A stretch of 64,000 nucleotides of DNA from IMG/VR virus record IMGVR_UViG_3300043570_001741, positions 93,714-157,713 of that record. The stretch is one strand, 5' to 3'. The notes beneath the pieces are model-generated. The model had not been told where the DNA came from. It saw nothing but the letters and a program-made list of their open reading frames with translations, and made no database searches. Positions 36,121 to 47,657 of this stretch are shown here, in pieces (positions within the stretch are counted from its first letter, which is position 1; each line of letters starts with the position of its first letter). The position numbers and the translations under genes were made by a program. The DNA comes from a virus.

Positions 36121-37686
36121 ATGGCAACAAATTACACATCAAAAAAACTACCTTTGAATAGCGCTGAGAGATTTAAAAACTCTTTTAGCGATACTACTCC
36201 ATCAATTGAATACGTCTTCATTGGTGGCCACGTGGCATATGCTAATGAGGCATCTCCAGATTCAATCGTAGAAACCATCTCAAATGAAAAAGAAGTTTGG
36301 GACAATATGTTTGCAGCTAAGAAAGTTACTGCAAATGACGTAGAACATGTTATTCCAAGGGTCAACTGGACGGCAAACACAAAGTACCGCCAGTATGACG
36401 ACACTATTGGCTTGGAAAACTTAATTACCGCAAACGTTAGTCAAAACTTGAAACCGATGTATGTCATTACTTCGACTAAAAATGTTTACAAATGTTTGTC
36501 TAATAATGCAACGGCTAATTCGACAGTTGAACCAACAGGAGACTATACCACTTCAAATGGTGTAATCTCAACAGCCGACAGTTATATTTGGAAGTACATG
36601 TTTAATGTTCGTTCTTCCAACAAGTTTTTAACTAACGATTGGATTCCAACACCAAGAAGGTCTGACACCGCTAGTACATTGTCTGACTATAGTTTAGATG
36701 ATACGGGTGTGGTTGCTGGCGAATTGACAACTGTGGTTATTCAAACTGGCGGTACAGGTTATTACCATAACGTTATTACTTGTTCCGCATTTGGAACAGG
36801 TTGCACAATTCTTACATTGGCCAATACAACTAATGTTTCTTCCAACATGTCTGTTACAGGAACTGGTATTCCAGTTGGTGCTTTTATCTCCAACTTAGAT
36901 TCACCAAACAATAAGATTACGTTGTCTTCTGCCACTACTGCTAATGGCGGTGGTGCCGCAACTGCAAACAACCTGTCAATCTCCACAAGAATTTACTTTG
37001 ACGGAGATGGCACTTTGGCAGCTGCATCAGCAACTGTATCTAATGGTGCAATCAATAAGATTACAGTAACTACAATTGGTGCTGGTTATACGTATGCTAA
37101 CGCCATCATCTTTGGTTCTGGAACTAATGCAAATGCTCGTTGTATCATTGCGCCAAAATATGGCCATGCAAAGAATCCAGTTAAAGACTTACTTGCTACT
37201 AATGTTATGGTTGCAAGTAAAATTGGAGAAGTTGATTCTACAGAAAGTGGTTTAATTTCTGTAGATACTGCTTTTAGACAATTTGGTTTGCTTAGGAACC
37301 CACATAAATATGGCGTTACATCAGTAGCAAATAATTCAACAGCAAATGCTGTTATTTCACAGGCGAGAACTATTACATTGACTGCGGGTTCATCATATTC
37401 CCTTAATGAGTATGTTTACCAAGGTGCTTCAGTAAATACAGCAACAGCATATGGTTATGTTTATTCTCAGACCTCTACTTCAGTTAAAATGACAAATACA
37501 CAAGGAACATTTGTGGTTGGTGCTTCTTTAACTGGAACAACTTCAGGTGTATCGAGAACAATCGTTTCACAAATAAATCCAGAATTCGAACCGTATTCTG
37601 GTGACATTCTCTATGTTGAGAATGCGGCCAAAACTGATAGAGCAGATGGCCAAGCAGAAAATATTAAATTTGTAATACAGTTTTAA
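36121..37686 (+). CDS. gp8: gp8 baseplate wedge protein
   Basis: VIPR.NW, VYKCL.N, D.YIWKYM, FRQ.GL..NP and SGD.LYVEN....R...Q.E.IK motifs. Confidence 0.9.
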   Translation: MATNYTSKKLPLNSAERFKNSFSDTTPSIEYVFIGGHVAYANEASPDSIVETISNEKEVWDNMFAAKKVTANDVEHVIPRVNWTANTKYRQYDDTIGLENLITANVSQNLKPMYVITSTKNVYKCLSNNATANSTVEPTGDYTTSNGVISTADSYIWKYMFNVRSSNKFLTNDWIPTPRRSDTASTLSDYSLDDTGVVAGELTTVVIQTGGTGYYHNVITCSAFGTGCTILTLANTTNVSSNMSVTGTGIPVGAFISNLDSPNNKITLSSATTANGGGAATANNLSISTRIYFDGDGTLAAASATVSNGAINKITVTTIGAGYTYANAIIFGSGTNANARCIIAPKYGHAKNPVKDLLATNVMVASKIGEVDSTESGLISVDTAFRQFGLLRNPHKYGVTSVANNSTANAVISQARTITLTAGSSYSLNEYVYQGASVNTATAYGYVYSQTSTSVKMTNTQGTFVVGASLTGTTSGVSRTIVSQINPEFEPYSGDILYVENAAKTDRADGQAENIKFVIQF

Positions 37687-37695
37687 AGGCAATTT

Positions 37696-40600
37696 ATGGC
37701 GCAGAACTATAATGTTAATCCCTACTATGACGACTACGATGAAACGAAACAGTTTTATCGTATCTTGTTTAGACCAGGTCGTGCAGTCCAGGCTCGTGAA
37801 TTAACACAGTTACAAACATCACTACAAAAACAAATTGAGCGTTTTGGCCAAGGCATCTATAAAGAAGGTTCAATCGTTGTTCCTGGTGGTCAAGCTGTTG
37901 ATAATAAGTACAACTATGTTAAATTGACGGCATCATATGGTGCTAATACTTCTGACACTAAAATTTCTTCGTTGATTAATGAAACGATTACAGGTTTAAC
38001 TTCTAACGTAAAAGCTATTGTTGTTAATTCTATCAGTTCAACATCTGGTGGTGACCCATCAACCATTTACGTAAAATATACAGCATCACAACCATATTCT
38101 GGTGGTTCTAACACAGTCTTTCAGGCTGGTGAGTTAATTACCACACAATCAGGCAATGTGACATTACAAGTTGCAGCTACTACTCCAACTGGTGTAGCTA
38201 CTGCGTTCTCTGTATCATCTGGTGTTATCTTCACTAAAGGTGTGTTTGCTTATTTTGACAATCAAACTTTGGTTGCAGGAAAATATGCTTTGGCTAACAA
38301 TACTATTATTGGTTTCCAAGTAACAGAATCTACAACAACTTCTTCACAAGATACTTCACTACTTGACCCAGCTGTTGGTGCAAGTAACTATATTGCGCCT
38401 GGTGCCGACCGTTATAAAATTGCATTGGACTTGGCCACACGTCCTGTCACATTTAATGCTAACGATGACCCCAACTTCATTGAATTAATTAAAATTGAAA
38501 ATGGTGAAGTCATTTCTCAGAACTTGGATCCACGATACAGTATCTTGGGTGACACATTTGCTAGAAGAACATATGACGAATCTGGCAACTACATTGTAAA
38601 ACCTTACACCTTGAATATCATTAACCATTTGAAGAGCAGTAATGTCTCAAGTAATGGTTACTATGAGGCTGCTAATGGTGGTGATGATAACAAGTTAATG
38701 ACTATCATTCAGCCAGGAAAAGCATACGTTCGTGGTTATGAAGTTGAGAACATTCGAACAAAATATACTATTGGAAATAAAGCCAGAGAATATGCTAACG
38801 TAAACAATGGTGTAGTTAGTACAACAATTGGTAACTATATCTACATCACTGGTTTAAGTTCAATTCCCGATTTGTCGTTGTTGCCATCTGTGTCATTCTA
38901 TGACCAATATACTGTGACTGCTGGTTCTTCTAGTGGTACTGCAATTGGTACTGGTAAAATTAGAGCCATGGAATTCAGTTCTGGCACAGCAGGCACTACA
39001 ACTGCAATTTACAAGTGCTGGTTATTTGACGTTTCTATGACGCCTGGTTATGTCTTTGAGCGTGATGTTAAACAGTTGTATGTTGACAATACTGGTTATG
39101 CAGATTTTACTGCTAACATTTCGCCAACACAAATTGCATTATCTGGTTCTGTTTCAACAACAAACGGAAGTAATGTAATTACTGGTGCTGCTACATTGTT
39201 TACCAATGAAGTAACAACTAATGATTTTATTTCAATTAACAGTATAAGTTATAGAATTACTTCTGTTACAAATGCTGTGAGTTTAGTGGTAGCTACTGCA
39301 CCAACATCTAATCAAACTGGTATCATTGCATTTTACGATACAGCTGCATATAATGAAACACAATACTTGTCACATTTGTTTGAGTTGCCATATTCAACAA
39401 TTAAAACTGTTGACCCAACAAACATTGAAACTTCTTATGATGTTAAGCGTTCATATGCAAGAACGCTATCTTCTAATACTGTAACCATTTCAGCTGGTAC
39501 TGATGAGACCTTTGACAGTATCTCCACATCGTCTTACATCTTGGTTGTTAAGAGTGGTACAAACGCTGGTCAATATTTGAATCCAACAACTTTTGTGACA
39601 CGAGCAGTTGGCGGCACTTCTGTTACTATTAACCTTGCTGCTTTGTCAAACTCGCCTGCCAATGTATCAGCCTATGCTACTGCTGACGTGGCACTTGTTG
39701 GCAAACTTACAAAGACAAATACTGCGGCAGACAAGAAAACTAAAACTTTGGTGTCTGGTGCCACAATTGATTATACCGATGCCAATACTGCTCAGGCAAC
39801 TGTCGTGTCTTTAGGTAAGGCTGACGTCTATAAACTAACATCTGTAATGATGTCTCCAGATGCGTTTGGAACTGCGTATAACACGACAGGAGACGTTGAC
39901 ATTACTGACAGATATGAATTAGACAATGGCCAAAAATTAACGTATTATGGCCTTGGCAAAGTTAGACTGAAAACTGGTTCACCAAAACCAACTAACCCAA
40001 TTCGTATTACCTTTGATTACTTTACCCATGGTTCTGGTGATTACTTTTCGGTAAACTCATATACTGGAATTGCCTATAAAGATATTCCTACATTTACCGA
40101 TAACAGAAAAACTTACCAACTAAGAGATTGCTTGGACTTCAGACCAAGAATCAATGATGCTGGCACAGGATTCACTGGAGCTGGTGCTGTTGTAAACGAC
40201 TTCATTGATCCATCTAGCGATGTTCTAACTGATTATTCTTATTACTTGCCAAGAACTGATAAGATTGTCCTCGATAAGAATGGCATATTTTCTATTGTTG
40301 AAGGTATTAGTTCTTTAAATCCTAAAGAGCCAAATGTGTCTGATGATACAATGCCTTTGTTTGTAATTAAACAAAAACCATATGTGTTTGATATTACTTC
40401 TGATATTGAAGTAACCACTATTGATAATCGTAGATACACAATGCGTGACATTGGTCGTATCGAAAACCGTGTTAAGAATTTGGAATATTACACAACATTG
40501 AATTTGTTGGAGAAAGATACACAGTCTTTACAGATTCAAGATTCAAATGGTTTTGACCGATTCAAAAATGGTTTTGTTGTAGATAACTTTGCTGGCCATG

Positions 40601-43600
40601 GTGTTGGTGATGTTTATAACCGTGACTATGGTGTTTCTATTGATTACACTAAGAAAGAATTGAGACCTCTTTCCAAAACACAATTTGTTCCGTTGCAAGA
40701 AATTAATTTAACAACACCAGCAAGAACTGCAAACAATTATGTTTTAACAAACGATTTGATTACTTTGCCATATACTGACGTTTCATACATTAAAAATGAA
40801 AAGGCAAGTAAGACAGAAAACATTAACCCATTTAGTGTTATCACATGGACTGGTTCTATCAAGTTGGATCCACCATCAGATATCTGGTTTAGTGAAGAAG
40901 AATTGCCGATGGTTGCTAAAAATGAAAATGGCAACTATGACCAATTCGGTGCTACCTCACAATCTAAGGGTACATATAATGCAGTTTGGGGTAATTGGAG
41001 AACCAACTATTACGGCAGCCAAAGAACAGACGATAGGACAGGTCTTGACTATGCTGTTTCAGAGGGACAAGATACTAAAACAAACAATGATTTGGTAACA
41101 AATTCTGCTCTTGTTCCAAAAATGCGCTCAGTGAAAATTACATTTACTGCTGAGGGCATGAAACCTAAGACAAGAGTTAATATATTCTTCGATAACATCA
41201 ATGTTACAAACTATTGTAATAGCATCAATACAAATCCTATTGGCGCTAACTCTGCATTGGCCGCTGCAGCTACTGCAAACTCACAAAACTTGATTACTGA
41301 TGAAACAGGTAAACTTACAGGTGAGTTCCATTACTTGGCTAATTTGTTTAACTTGCCAACTGGTGAATCAACGTTTGTTGTAACAGATTCTACAGCTGGT
41401 GGTACTGACTTTGAAACTTTTGCTGTTGCGAAATTTAATTCAAATGGCCAGTTGATTAAGAAACCGGTTCCAGCTCCACAAGTTATTTTGGAACCACCTC
41501 CAACTTATGTTGCATCGGCATATGTTCCTGAATATGTTGAACCAGATCCTGCTCCAGCTCCTGTGCCACCAACGCCAGATTATCTGGATGTGACTTATCG
41601 TTATGCCTTTGGCCGCAATCCTGCGCCTAGTGAAAAACAATATTGGTATGATTCTTTTTCTAAGCAAGTTACCAACAAAGGTTATGCAAGTATTAATGCT
41701 TTGATTAGCGCTTCTAGTGTTAATGGTGGCGCTTTTGTTGACGTTGGTGCAATTTCTCCTGACTTAATTACAATTGGCGATTATAATACAGCAGCTGCTG
41801 ATTTGTATGCACTCACAAAACAAATTACTGATGCGGGTATTAGAAATAACGAACAAGGCAAAAATGGTGTTAATGGCATTACAGAAATCCATTTAAACAA
41901 TGGCGGAACAAAAGAAGTAGCTTCTGATTTTACAGCTAAACAAATTACATATGCAATTGCAGCTATAAACGGTGCTGTACCTGAGGCAACTAATACAAGT
42001 AATTATTGGAAAGGTGATGCTCAGTCAGCTGTACTTACAACAGTTAAGGCAGAGCCAACTGCTGGTTATTCTTATGGTGCAAACTGTTTGTCTGCTGGTG
42101 GCATGGATCCATTAGCGCAATCATTCTTTATCAATACACCAATCTACTTGTCTAAACTTGATGTTTATTTCTCAAGTAAAGATGATACTATTCCAATGCG
42201 TGTTCAAATTCGCAAAATGGAAAACGGTGTTCCTGGTTCGTTTATTTTGCCATCATCTGAAGTTGTTGTTTATCCTACTAACATTAATACATCAACTGAT
42301 GGTAGCACAGCAACATCAATTAGTTTTGGGAGTCCAGTATTCTTAGATTCTGGTGAATACGCTTTTGTTCTATTGTCCGATTCTATCAACTATAGAGTTT
42401 GGATTGCACAAGTTGGTGAATTCGACATTCTAACTAATGCATTTATTGCTGAACAACCATATATTGGTGTATTGTTCAAATCACAAAATGCTTCAACGTG
42501 GCAGGCTGACCAATTCCAAGATATGAAGTTTAATTTGTATCGTGCAGAATTTGATACGTCTGTAACTGGTGTTGTTGAGTTTAATGTTGATGATGAATAT
42601 TATGACCAAATTTCTTTGGGTATTGACCCATTTGAAGTTTACGCAAACTCCAACATCATGCGTGTGATTCATCCAGCACATGGCCAAGTTACAGGTTCTT
42701 CAATCAAACTTAATGGTTTCCCATTAAATGGTAATCTGATTAATTCATCTGCTAACTCTAATTTCTTTGGTATCAATGTAAGTTCATTAAATGCTCAAAC
42801 CTTTACAATTGATAATACAACATTAGACTCATACACAATTACATTGCCATCTAATGTGTCGAATGCTATTACGCAAACAACACGTACTGGTGGTGCTAGT
42901 ATTCAAGTTTCTACAGACTTTGCATATGACACTTACTATCCTGTAATCTCTGCCGTTGTTCCATCCGGTACAACATTGGTTAATAAGATTAAGACAACCA
43001 GTTCATCCACGTATGGCGTTGATTCTGCATTTACTACAATTGCATTAGATGATGTAAACTTCAATTCTACTAAGACATTGGCAAGTAATGTGAATAAACA
43101 AGTTGCAATGAGCAACACTAATCCGTTTATTCATAGAATTGAATTCTCAACGTCTTCTAGCTTGGTTTCACCAGTAATTGACACTAAACAAATTGGTGGT
43201 GTGTTTGCTCGTAACTTGATTAACAACCCAACTTACAGCACACAAAATAAAATCTCTGCAAATGATATTGTTACTATTGCTAATGCTAATAACATCATCT
43301 TTACTCAAGTGTCTGGTGCTCAAGGCCTAATTACACTATCAGGTTCACAAGACAAGATTAATGCTACATCAATTATTAAGGGTACATATATTAATGTTAC
43401 CGCTAATAACGGTGTGAATGCTGGTCAATACCGAGTGATTGATGTTACAGATGCTGGTGCAAACATCTCCATCTATAATGTAAGTACACAAAATGTATCC
43501 ACAAATGCAACTGCAACATACACTATCACAAATGGTAGAAACTTCATTGCAGAAGAAGCTGCATATGACGGATCAGCCTATTCTAAATACATTACAAGAG

Positions 43601-43911
43601 AAATCGATTTTACCAACCCATCTACTTCGTTTAAGTTCTACGTAGATGTGGCCAAACCAACAAACGCTAACATCAAGTTCTTCTACAAGATTAGTGAAGT
43701 TGGCGATACAGTTGATTTGAGAGAAAAAGAGTATACCGAAATTACTGGCATAACTGTTCAAGCTTCTCTTGGTGGCGAATTTAATGAAGTAGAAAAATTG
43801 GTAGAAAACCTTCCACAGTTTGATGCAATCGTATTTAAGATTGTATTCTTGTCTGATGATAGTTCTCAGATACCAAAATGTAAAAACCTACGTTTAGTTG
43901 CATTGGCATAA
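37696..43911 (+). CDS. Large structural protein, VrlC/DUF4815-like
   Basis: PYYDD.D..K.FYR.LF.PG.AVQARELTQLQ, RYTMRDIG.IE.R..NLEYYT.L, DPLAQSF and LFKSQNASTW motifs. Confidence 0.88.
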   Translation: MAQNYNVNPYYDDYDETKQFYRILFRPGRAVQARELTQLQTSLQKQIERFGQGIYKEGSIVVPGGQAVDNKYNYVKLTASYGANTSDTKISSLINETITGLTSNVKAIVVNSISSTSGGDPSTIYVKYTASQPYSGGSNTVFQAGELITTQSGNVTLQVAATTPTGVATAFSVSSGVIFTKGVFAYFDNQTLVAGKYALANNTIIGFQVTESTTTSSQDTSLLDPAVGASNYIAPGADRYKIALDLATRPVTFNANDDPNFIELIKIENGEVISQNLDPRYSILGDTFARRTYDESGNYIVKPYTLNIINHLKSSNVSSNGYYEAANGGDDNKLMTIIQPGKAYVRGYEVENIRTKYTIGNKAREYANVNNGVVSTTIGNYIYITGLSSIPDLSLLPSVSFYDQYTVTAGSSSGTAIGTGKIRAMEFSSGTAGTTTAIYKCWLFDVSMTPGYVFERDVKQLYVDNTGYADFTANISPTQIALSGSVSTTNGSNVITGAATLFTNEVTTNDFISINSISYRITSVTNAVSLVVATAPTSNQTGIIAFYDTAAYNETQYLSHLFELPYSTIKTVDPTNIETSYDVKRSYARTLSSNTVTISAGTDETFDSISTSSYILVVKSGTNAGQYLNPTTFVTRAVGGTSVTINLAALSNSPANVSAYATADVALVGKLTKTNTAADKKTKTLVSGATIDYTDANTAQATVVSLGKADVYKLTSVMMSPDAFGTAYNTTGDVDITDRYELDNGQKLTYYGLGKVRLKTGSPKPTNPIRITFDYFTHGSGDYFSVNSYTGIAYKDIPTFTDNRKTYQLRDCLDFRPRINDAGTGFTGAGAVVNDFIDPSSDVLTDYSYYLPRTDKIVLDKNGIFSIVEGISSLNPKEPNVSDDTMPLFVIKQKPYVFDITSDIEVTTIDNRRYTMRDIGRIENRVKNLEYYTTLNLLEKDTQSLQIQDSNGFDRFKNGFVVDNFAGHGVGDVYNRDYGVSIDYTKKELRPLSKTQFVPLQEINLTTPARTANNYVLTNDLITLPYTDVSYIKNEKASKTENINPFSVITWTGSIKLDPPSDIWFSEEELPMVAKNENGNYDQFGATSQSKGTYNAVWGNWRTNYYGSQRTDDRTGLDYAVSEGQDTKTNNDLVTNSALVPKMRSVKITFTAEGMKPKTRVNIFFDNINVTNYCNSINTNPIGANSALAAAATANSQNLITDETGKLTGEFHYLANLFNLPTGESTFVVTDSTAGGTDFETFAVAKFNSNGQLIKKPVPAPQVILEPPPTYVASAYVPEYVEPDPAPAPVPPTPDYLDVTYRYAFGRNPAPSEKQYWYDSFSKQVTNKGYASINALISASSVNGGAFVDVGAISPDLITIGDYNTAAADLYALTKQITDAGIRNNEQGKNGVNGITEIHLNNGGTKEVASDFTAKQITYAIAAINGAVPEATNTSNYWKGDAQSAVLTTVKAEPTAGYSYGANCLSAGGMDPLAQSFFINTPIYLSKLDVYFSSKDDTIPMRVQIRKMENGVPGSFILPSSEVVVYPTNINTSTDGSTATSISFGSPVFLDSGEYAFVLLSDSINYRVWIAQVGEFDILTNAFIAEQPYIGVLFKSQNASTWQADQFQDMKFNLYRAEFDTSVTGVVEFNVDDEYYDQISLGIDPFEVYANSNIMRVIHPAHGQVTGSSIKLNGFPLNGNLINSSANSNFFGINVSSLNAQTFTIDNTTLDSYTITLPSNVSNAITQTTRTGGASIQVSTDFAYDTYYPVISAVVPSGTTLVNKIKTTSSSTYGVDSAFTTIALDDVNFNSTKTLASNVNKQVAMSNTNPFIHRIEFSTSSSLVSPVIDTKQIGGVFARNLINNPTYSTQNKISANDIVTIANANNIIFTQVSGAQGLITLSGSQDKINATSIIKGTYINVTANNGVNAGQYRVIDVTDAGANISIYNVSTQNVSTNATATYTITNGRNFIAEEAAYDGSAYSKYITREIDFTNPSTSFKFYVDVAKPTNANIKFFYKISEVGDTVDLREKEYTEITGITVQASLGGEFNEVEKLVENLPQFDAIVFKIVFLSDDSSQIPKCKNLRLVALA

Positions 43912-43912
43912 T

Positions 43913-44125
43913 ATGGAATACAAAGTAGAAGGCCACCCTGACCTGGTCAGGGATTCTAAAAGCAAAGCGATTATTAATATCAATCGTGGTGCTATGATGG
44001 AACATAAGTATAAAAAAGATATGAAAACAACTGTCGAATCCTTATCTGATGAAATAGCATCAATAAAAGATGAATTCAGAGAAATCAAATCTCTGTTACA
44101 ACAGATTGCGTCTAAGGGACAATAA
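43913..44125 (+). CDS. Small coiled-coil protein typically following VrlC-like genes
   Basis: KVEGH.DLVRD..S.AIIN motif and C-terminal heptads. Confidence 0.75.
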   Translation: MEYKVEGHPDLVRDSKSKAIININRGAMMEHKYKKDMKTTVESLSDEIASIKDEFREIKSLLQQIASKGQ

Positions 44126-44385
44126 TGGCAATTAATCAACTAACCACGGCAAATACATTCCAACAATGGCTGGGTGCTTCACAGTCTTTAATCACTACGA
44201 CCAACAACCTAACAGATGGTGGTAACTCAGCAACATTCTATGCCAACACAAATGTGACAATTGGTGGCAATTTAAATGTTACACAGCTTTCAGGTTCTGC
44301 TAATACAGCAATTTACGCTAACATTGCGAATGCGGCAACAGTATCAACTGGCGACAGTCTTGCCTTTGCAATAGCATTAGGCTAA
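44125..44385 (+). CDS. Short virion protein with fibre-attachment-like N-terminus
   Basis: I.QL...NTF.QW...TN; ends LAFAIALG. Confidence 0.7.
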   Translation: MAINQLTTANTFQQWLGASQSLITTTNNLTDGGNSATFYANTNVTIGGNLNVTQLSGSANTAIYANIANAATVSTGDSLAFAIALG

Positions 44386-44393
44386 TATAAATA
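44386..44393 (+). promoter_or_regulatory. T4 late promoter TATAAATA
   Basis: Exact consensus, intergenic. Confidence 0.85.
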
Positions 44394-44414
44394 CGGCATT
44401 AAGGATATCAAAAC

Positions 44415-44735
44415 ATGGCCAATTCTTTTAAAAATTATCACGTTAAAAATGCAAACACAGCTGCACAGACTATATTTACTGCTGGCGCTGGTGTTCAAGC
44501 AACAGTCATTGGCATGAGTATTGCTAATATGACTACATCACCAATTAGCGCTAACGTATTCATTACGGTTAGTGGCACAGACTATTTTATGGTTAAAGAA
44601 GCAACTATTGCAGTTGGTGGTGCTTTAGTTCCAATTGGCGGAGACCAAAAATTGGTACTGGAAGCAACTGATGCAATTAAGGTTTCAGCAACCGCCAACG
44701 CAGACGTTATTTTATCGGTGCTGGAGATTAGTTAA
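44415..44735 (+). CDS. Small beta-sandwich virion protein
   Basis: MAN.FKN...KLVLE..D.I.V...D..LSVLEIS; resembles 51253-51627. Confidence 0.7.
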   Translation: MANSFKNYHVKNANTAAQTIFTAGAGVQATVIGMSIANMTTSPISANVFITVSGTDYFMVKEATIAVGGALVPIGGDQKLVLEATDAIKVSATANADVILSVLEIS

Positions 44736-45598
44736 TGTATATCGGTAATACACCATCCACATCAGCTTTCGTATCATTGACCGAAAGGTTTAATGGTGAT
44801 AATACGACAACGGCTTTTACATTATCACGAACAGTTTTTGCTACTGGTGATATTGAAGTTATCGTTAACAATGTCCAACAAGACCCATTTACGGCTTATA
44901 CTGTAAGTGGAACAACACTTACGTTTGACGGTGCTCCATCGTCCGGTACTGGTAACATTCTTGTCACATATAGAAACAGTATCATAAGTAAATTTGTACC
45001 TAGTGATGGTACAGTTTTAACGGCATCTATTGCCGATGGTGCAATCACTGGTGCCAAAATTGCAGCCTATACAATTCCATCTTCTGATTTAAGTAATACT
45101 GGTGTAACATTCGGCTCTTATGGTGGCGCAACACAGATTCCAGTTGTTACAGTTGGCATAGATGGTCGTGTGACTTATGCAGCTAACGTAGCGTTTAGTG
45201 CGGTACCAACATACTCAAGTGGACCATTTGCGGTTGGTAACACATCTGGTGCAATTGCCAATACTTCATTAGATGTATATGGCGGTGTTGCTATGAACGT
45301 AGTAACATTGGCAACCTCAAGTAATACGATTAACGTAGCACTTGCAAATTACTTTGTTGTAAATCCAGCAGGAACAACAGCATTTGTATTCACTGGTGCT
45401 CCTGTCGCAAGAGATAGTTCTTTTGTTATTGAGTTGGCAAATGGCGGTGCATATACTGTTACATTCCCAGCAGCTGTTAGGTGGCCAGCCAACACGGCAC
45501 CAACACTCACATCTTCAGGTAAAGACTTGTTAATCTTCTCAACAGCTAATACTGGAACAACATGGCGTGGTTCTTCATTGATTGGTTACACAGCATAA
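44735..45598 (+). CDS. Tail fibre adaptor-like protein
   Basis: YIGN.P...F.GD.....FTL N-terminus, TGV..GSYGG...IP linker, C-terminal W.AN.APTL domain. Confidence 0.7.
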   Translation: MYIGNTPSTSAFVSLTERFNGDNTTTAFTLSRTVFATGDIEVIVNNVQQDPFTAYTVSGTTLTFDGAPSSGTGNILVTYRNSIISKFVPSDGTVLTASIADGAITGAKIAAYTIPSSDLSNTGVTFGSYGGATQIPVVTVGIDGRVTYAANVAFSAVPTYSSGPFAVGNTSGAIANTSLDVYGGVAMNVVTLATSSNTINVALANYFVVNPAGTTAFVFTGAPVARDSSFVIELANGGAYTVTFPAAVRWPANTAPTLTSSGKDLLIFSTANTGTTWRGSSLIGYTA

Positions 45599-45601
45599 TC
45601 T

Positions 45602-47605
45602 ATGTCATTAACTCCTAAATTATTGCAGCAAGGCGCAGCTGGTTCTGCTAGACCGGTTTATATTGAAGATGTGTTTAGTGCATTCCTTTATACAGGCAAT
45701 GGCACCACAAAAAATATTACCAATGGTATTGATTTGTCTACTAAGGGTGGATTGGTTTGGACAAAAAGCAGAAGTAATGCCCAAAACAACTATCTTGCCG
45801 ATACCGTCGCTTCCCAGTATTTGATTTCCAACACAACGTCTGGAAGTCAGGGTAGTGCTTTTCAAGGCTCAAATGACATTACCTCTGCCACAACAACTGG
45901 GTACACTCTTGGACCAAATTCAAGTACCGTAGTTAATAGTTCAGGGCAAACTCAGGTTTCATGGACATTCCGAAAGCAACGAAAGTTCTTTGATATTGTG
46001 ACTTATACGGGGAATGGCGCAACTTATCAGGATGTAACACATTCGCTTGGAAGCACTCCCGGTTGCATCATGGTTAAGTGCACGTCCACTGGTTCAACAA
46101 ATTGGATGGTGGTACATAGAAGCTTAGCAGTTGTAAATCAAAACCTGATTCTTAACTCAACTGCTAGTGCCTCAACTGTTAATTCTGAAACAATCACTTG
46201 GGGTTCAGTGGATGGGTCGTATAACGGATTTTTTAGGGTGTTAAATAGCCTTGGAAGTTCTGACCCAAACAACTATCTAAACGTTAACGGCAACACTTAT
46301 GTCGCCTACCTATTCGCCCACAACGCAGGAGGCTTTGGCCCGTCCGCTTCAGACAATGTGATTACGTGTGGGTCGTTTACAACAGACGGAAGCGGTAACT
46401 TTTCTGTGAACCTTGGTTATGAACCGCAATGGGTTCTTGCAAAAGCAACCAATGAGGCGGGTAGTGATTGGTATGTGTGGGACACCATGCGTGGATGGCC
46501 TGCTCGTAATAGTACAAGTGTCAATTATGTTAACAGTCGTTATTTGTCACCAAACACCAGCACGGCCGAAGCGGACTTTGGCGGCCCATACGTCACAAAC
46601 ACAGGGTTTGGTGGAGTATTGGTATCCAGTATCACCTACATCTACATAGCCATCCGCCGTGGCCCGATGAAAGTGCCTACGACTGGTACAAGTGTTTTTG
46701 TGGCAGAAACTTATAATGGAACCAACACGCTAAATAGAGAATTTGATGTATCTCCTTTACAGTATTCTGATTTATCTTGGTTTATTAGTAGAAACTACCC
46801 AACTGCACCAGTCAGTATAAGTTTTGTAGATAGATTGCGTGGATCACTTGCAAAGCTATGGACGGGAGGCACTAGCAATGAAAGCACTTCACAAGCATCT
46901 GTTAGTTTTTCAAATAAAATGGAAGCCATAGTAATTGGAACTACTGGCAATTTTTCAGGCTTAAATGAGACTGGTACTTCTTTTGTTATGTACAACTTAA
47001 AACGTGCTCCCGGCTTCTTTGATGAGGTTTGCTATACTGGAAATTACGCAGGGAACCCTCAAATCCCACATAATTTAACCGTAGCGCCAGAACTAATTAT
47101 TGCAAAAGTTAGAAGCACTACAGGCGCATGGTATATCAACAGTCCTTTAATTGGGACTAACTTTCAACTTGCTTTTAACGCAAGTGCAAAAAGTGCCGGA
47201 AGCACTTACACGCTTACATCAACGTATTTTCAAAATCCAGATATTAACTATCCTACGGGGGAGACATTTGTAGCCTACCTTTTTGCCACTTGCGCTGGTG
47301 TTTCCAAAGTTGGTTCATATACAGGTAATGGTTCATCACAAACTATCGATTGTGGCTTTGCTTCTGGTGCTAGGTTTGTTTTAATTAAACGTACAGACTC
47401 ATCAGGCGATTGGTATACATTTGATACTGCTCGAGGTATTGTTTCTGGAAACGATCCATTCTTAAAATTAAACACTACAGATGCTGAAGCAACAGCTTAT
47501 GATGCTGTTGATCCAGCTAACTCAGGTTTCATTGTCAACAACGATGCTACTAATTTCCCAATTAATGTAGCATCCGCCACATACATCTTTTTAGCAATCG
47601 CATAA
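45602..47605 (+). CDS. YTGNG-repeat tail/receptor-binding protein, paralog A
   Basis: Repeated YTGNG...H.LG..P..I..K......W modules; ends YIFLAIA. Confidence 0.75.
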   Translation: MSLTPKLLQQGAAGSARPVYIEDVFSAFLYTGNGTTKNITNGIDLSTKGGLVWTKSRSNAQNNYLADTVASQYLISNTTSGSQGSAFQGSNDITSATTTGYTLGPNSSTVVNSSGQTQVSWTFRKQRKFFDIVTYTGNGATYQDVTHSLGSTPGCIMVKCTSTGSTNWMVVHRSLAVVNQNLILNSTASASTVNSETITWGSVDGSYNGFFRVLNSLGSSDPNNYLNVNGNTYVAYLFAHNAGGFGPSASDNVITCGSFTTDGSGNFSVNLGYEPQWVLAKATNEAGSDWYVWDTMRGWPARNSTSVNYVNSRYLSPNTSTAEADFGGPYVTNTGFGGVLVSSITYIYIAIRRGPMKVPTTGTSVFVAETYNGTNTLNREFDVSPLQYSDLSWFISRNYPTAPVSISFVDRLRGSLAKLWTGGTSNESTSQASVSFSNKMEAIVIGTTGNFSGLNETGTSFVMYNLKRAPGFFDEVCYTGNYAGNPQIPHNLTVAPELIIAKVRSTTGAWYINSPLIGTNFQLAFNASAKSAGSTYTLTSTYFQNPDINYPTGETFVAYLFATCAGVSKVGSYTGNGSSQTIDCGFASGARFVLIKRTDSSGDWYTFDTARGIVSGNDPFLKLNTTDAEATAYDAVDPANSGFIVNNDATNFPINVASATYIFLAIA

Positions 47606-47608
47606 ATA
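47601..47608 (+). promoter_or_regulatory. Late promoter CATAAATA
   Basis: Overlaps the stop codon, upstream of the chaperone gene. Confidence 0.6.
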
Positions 47609-47657
47609 ATACAGTTAGAGAATATCAATCTAACTATCCAAATATCAAGGAATAAAA

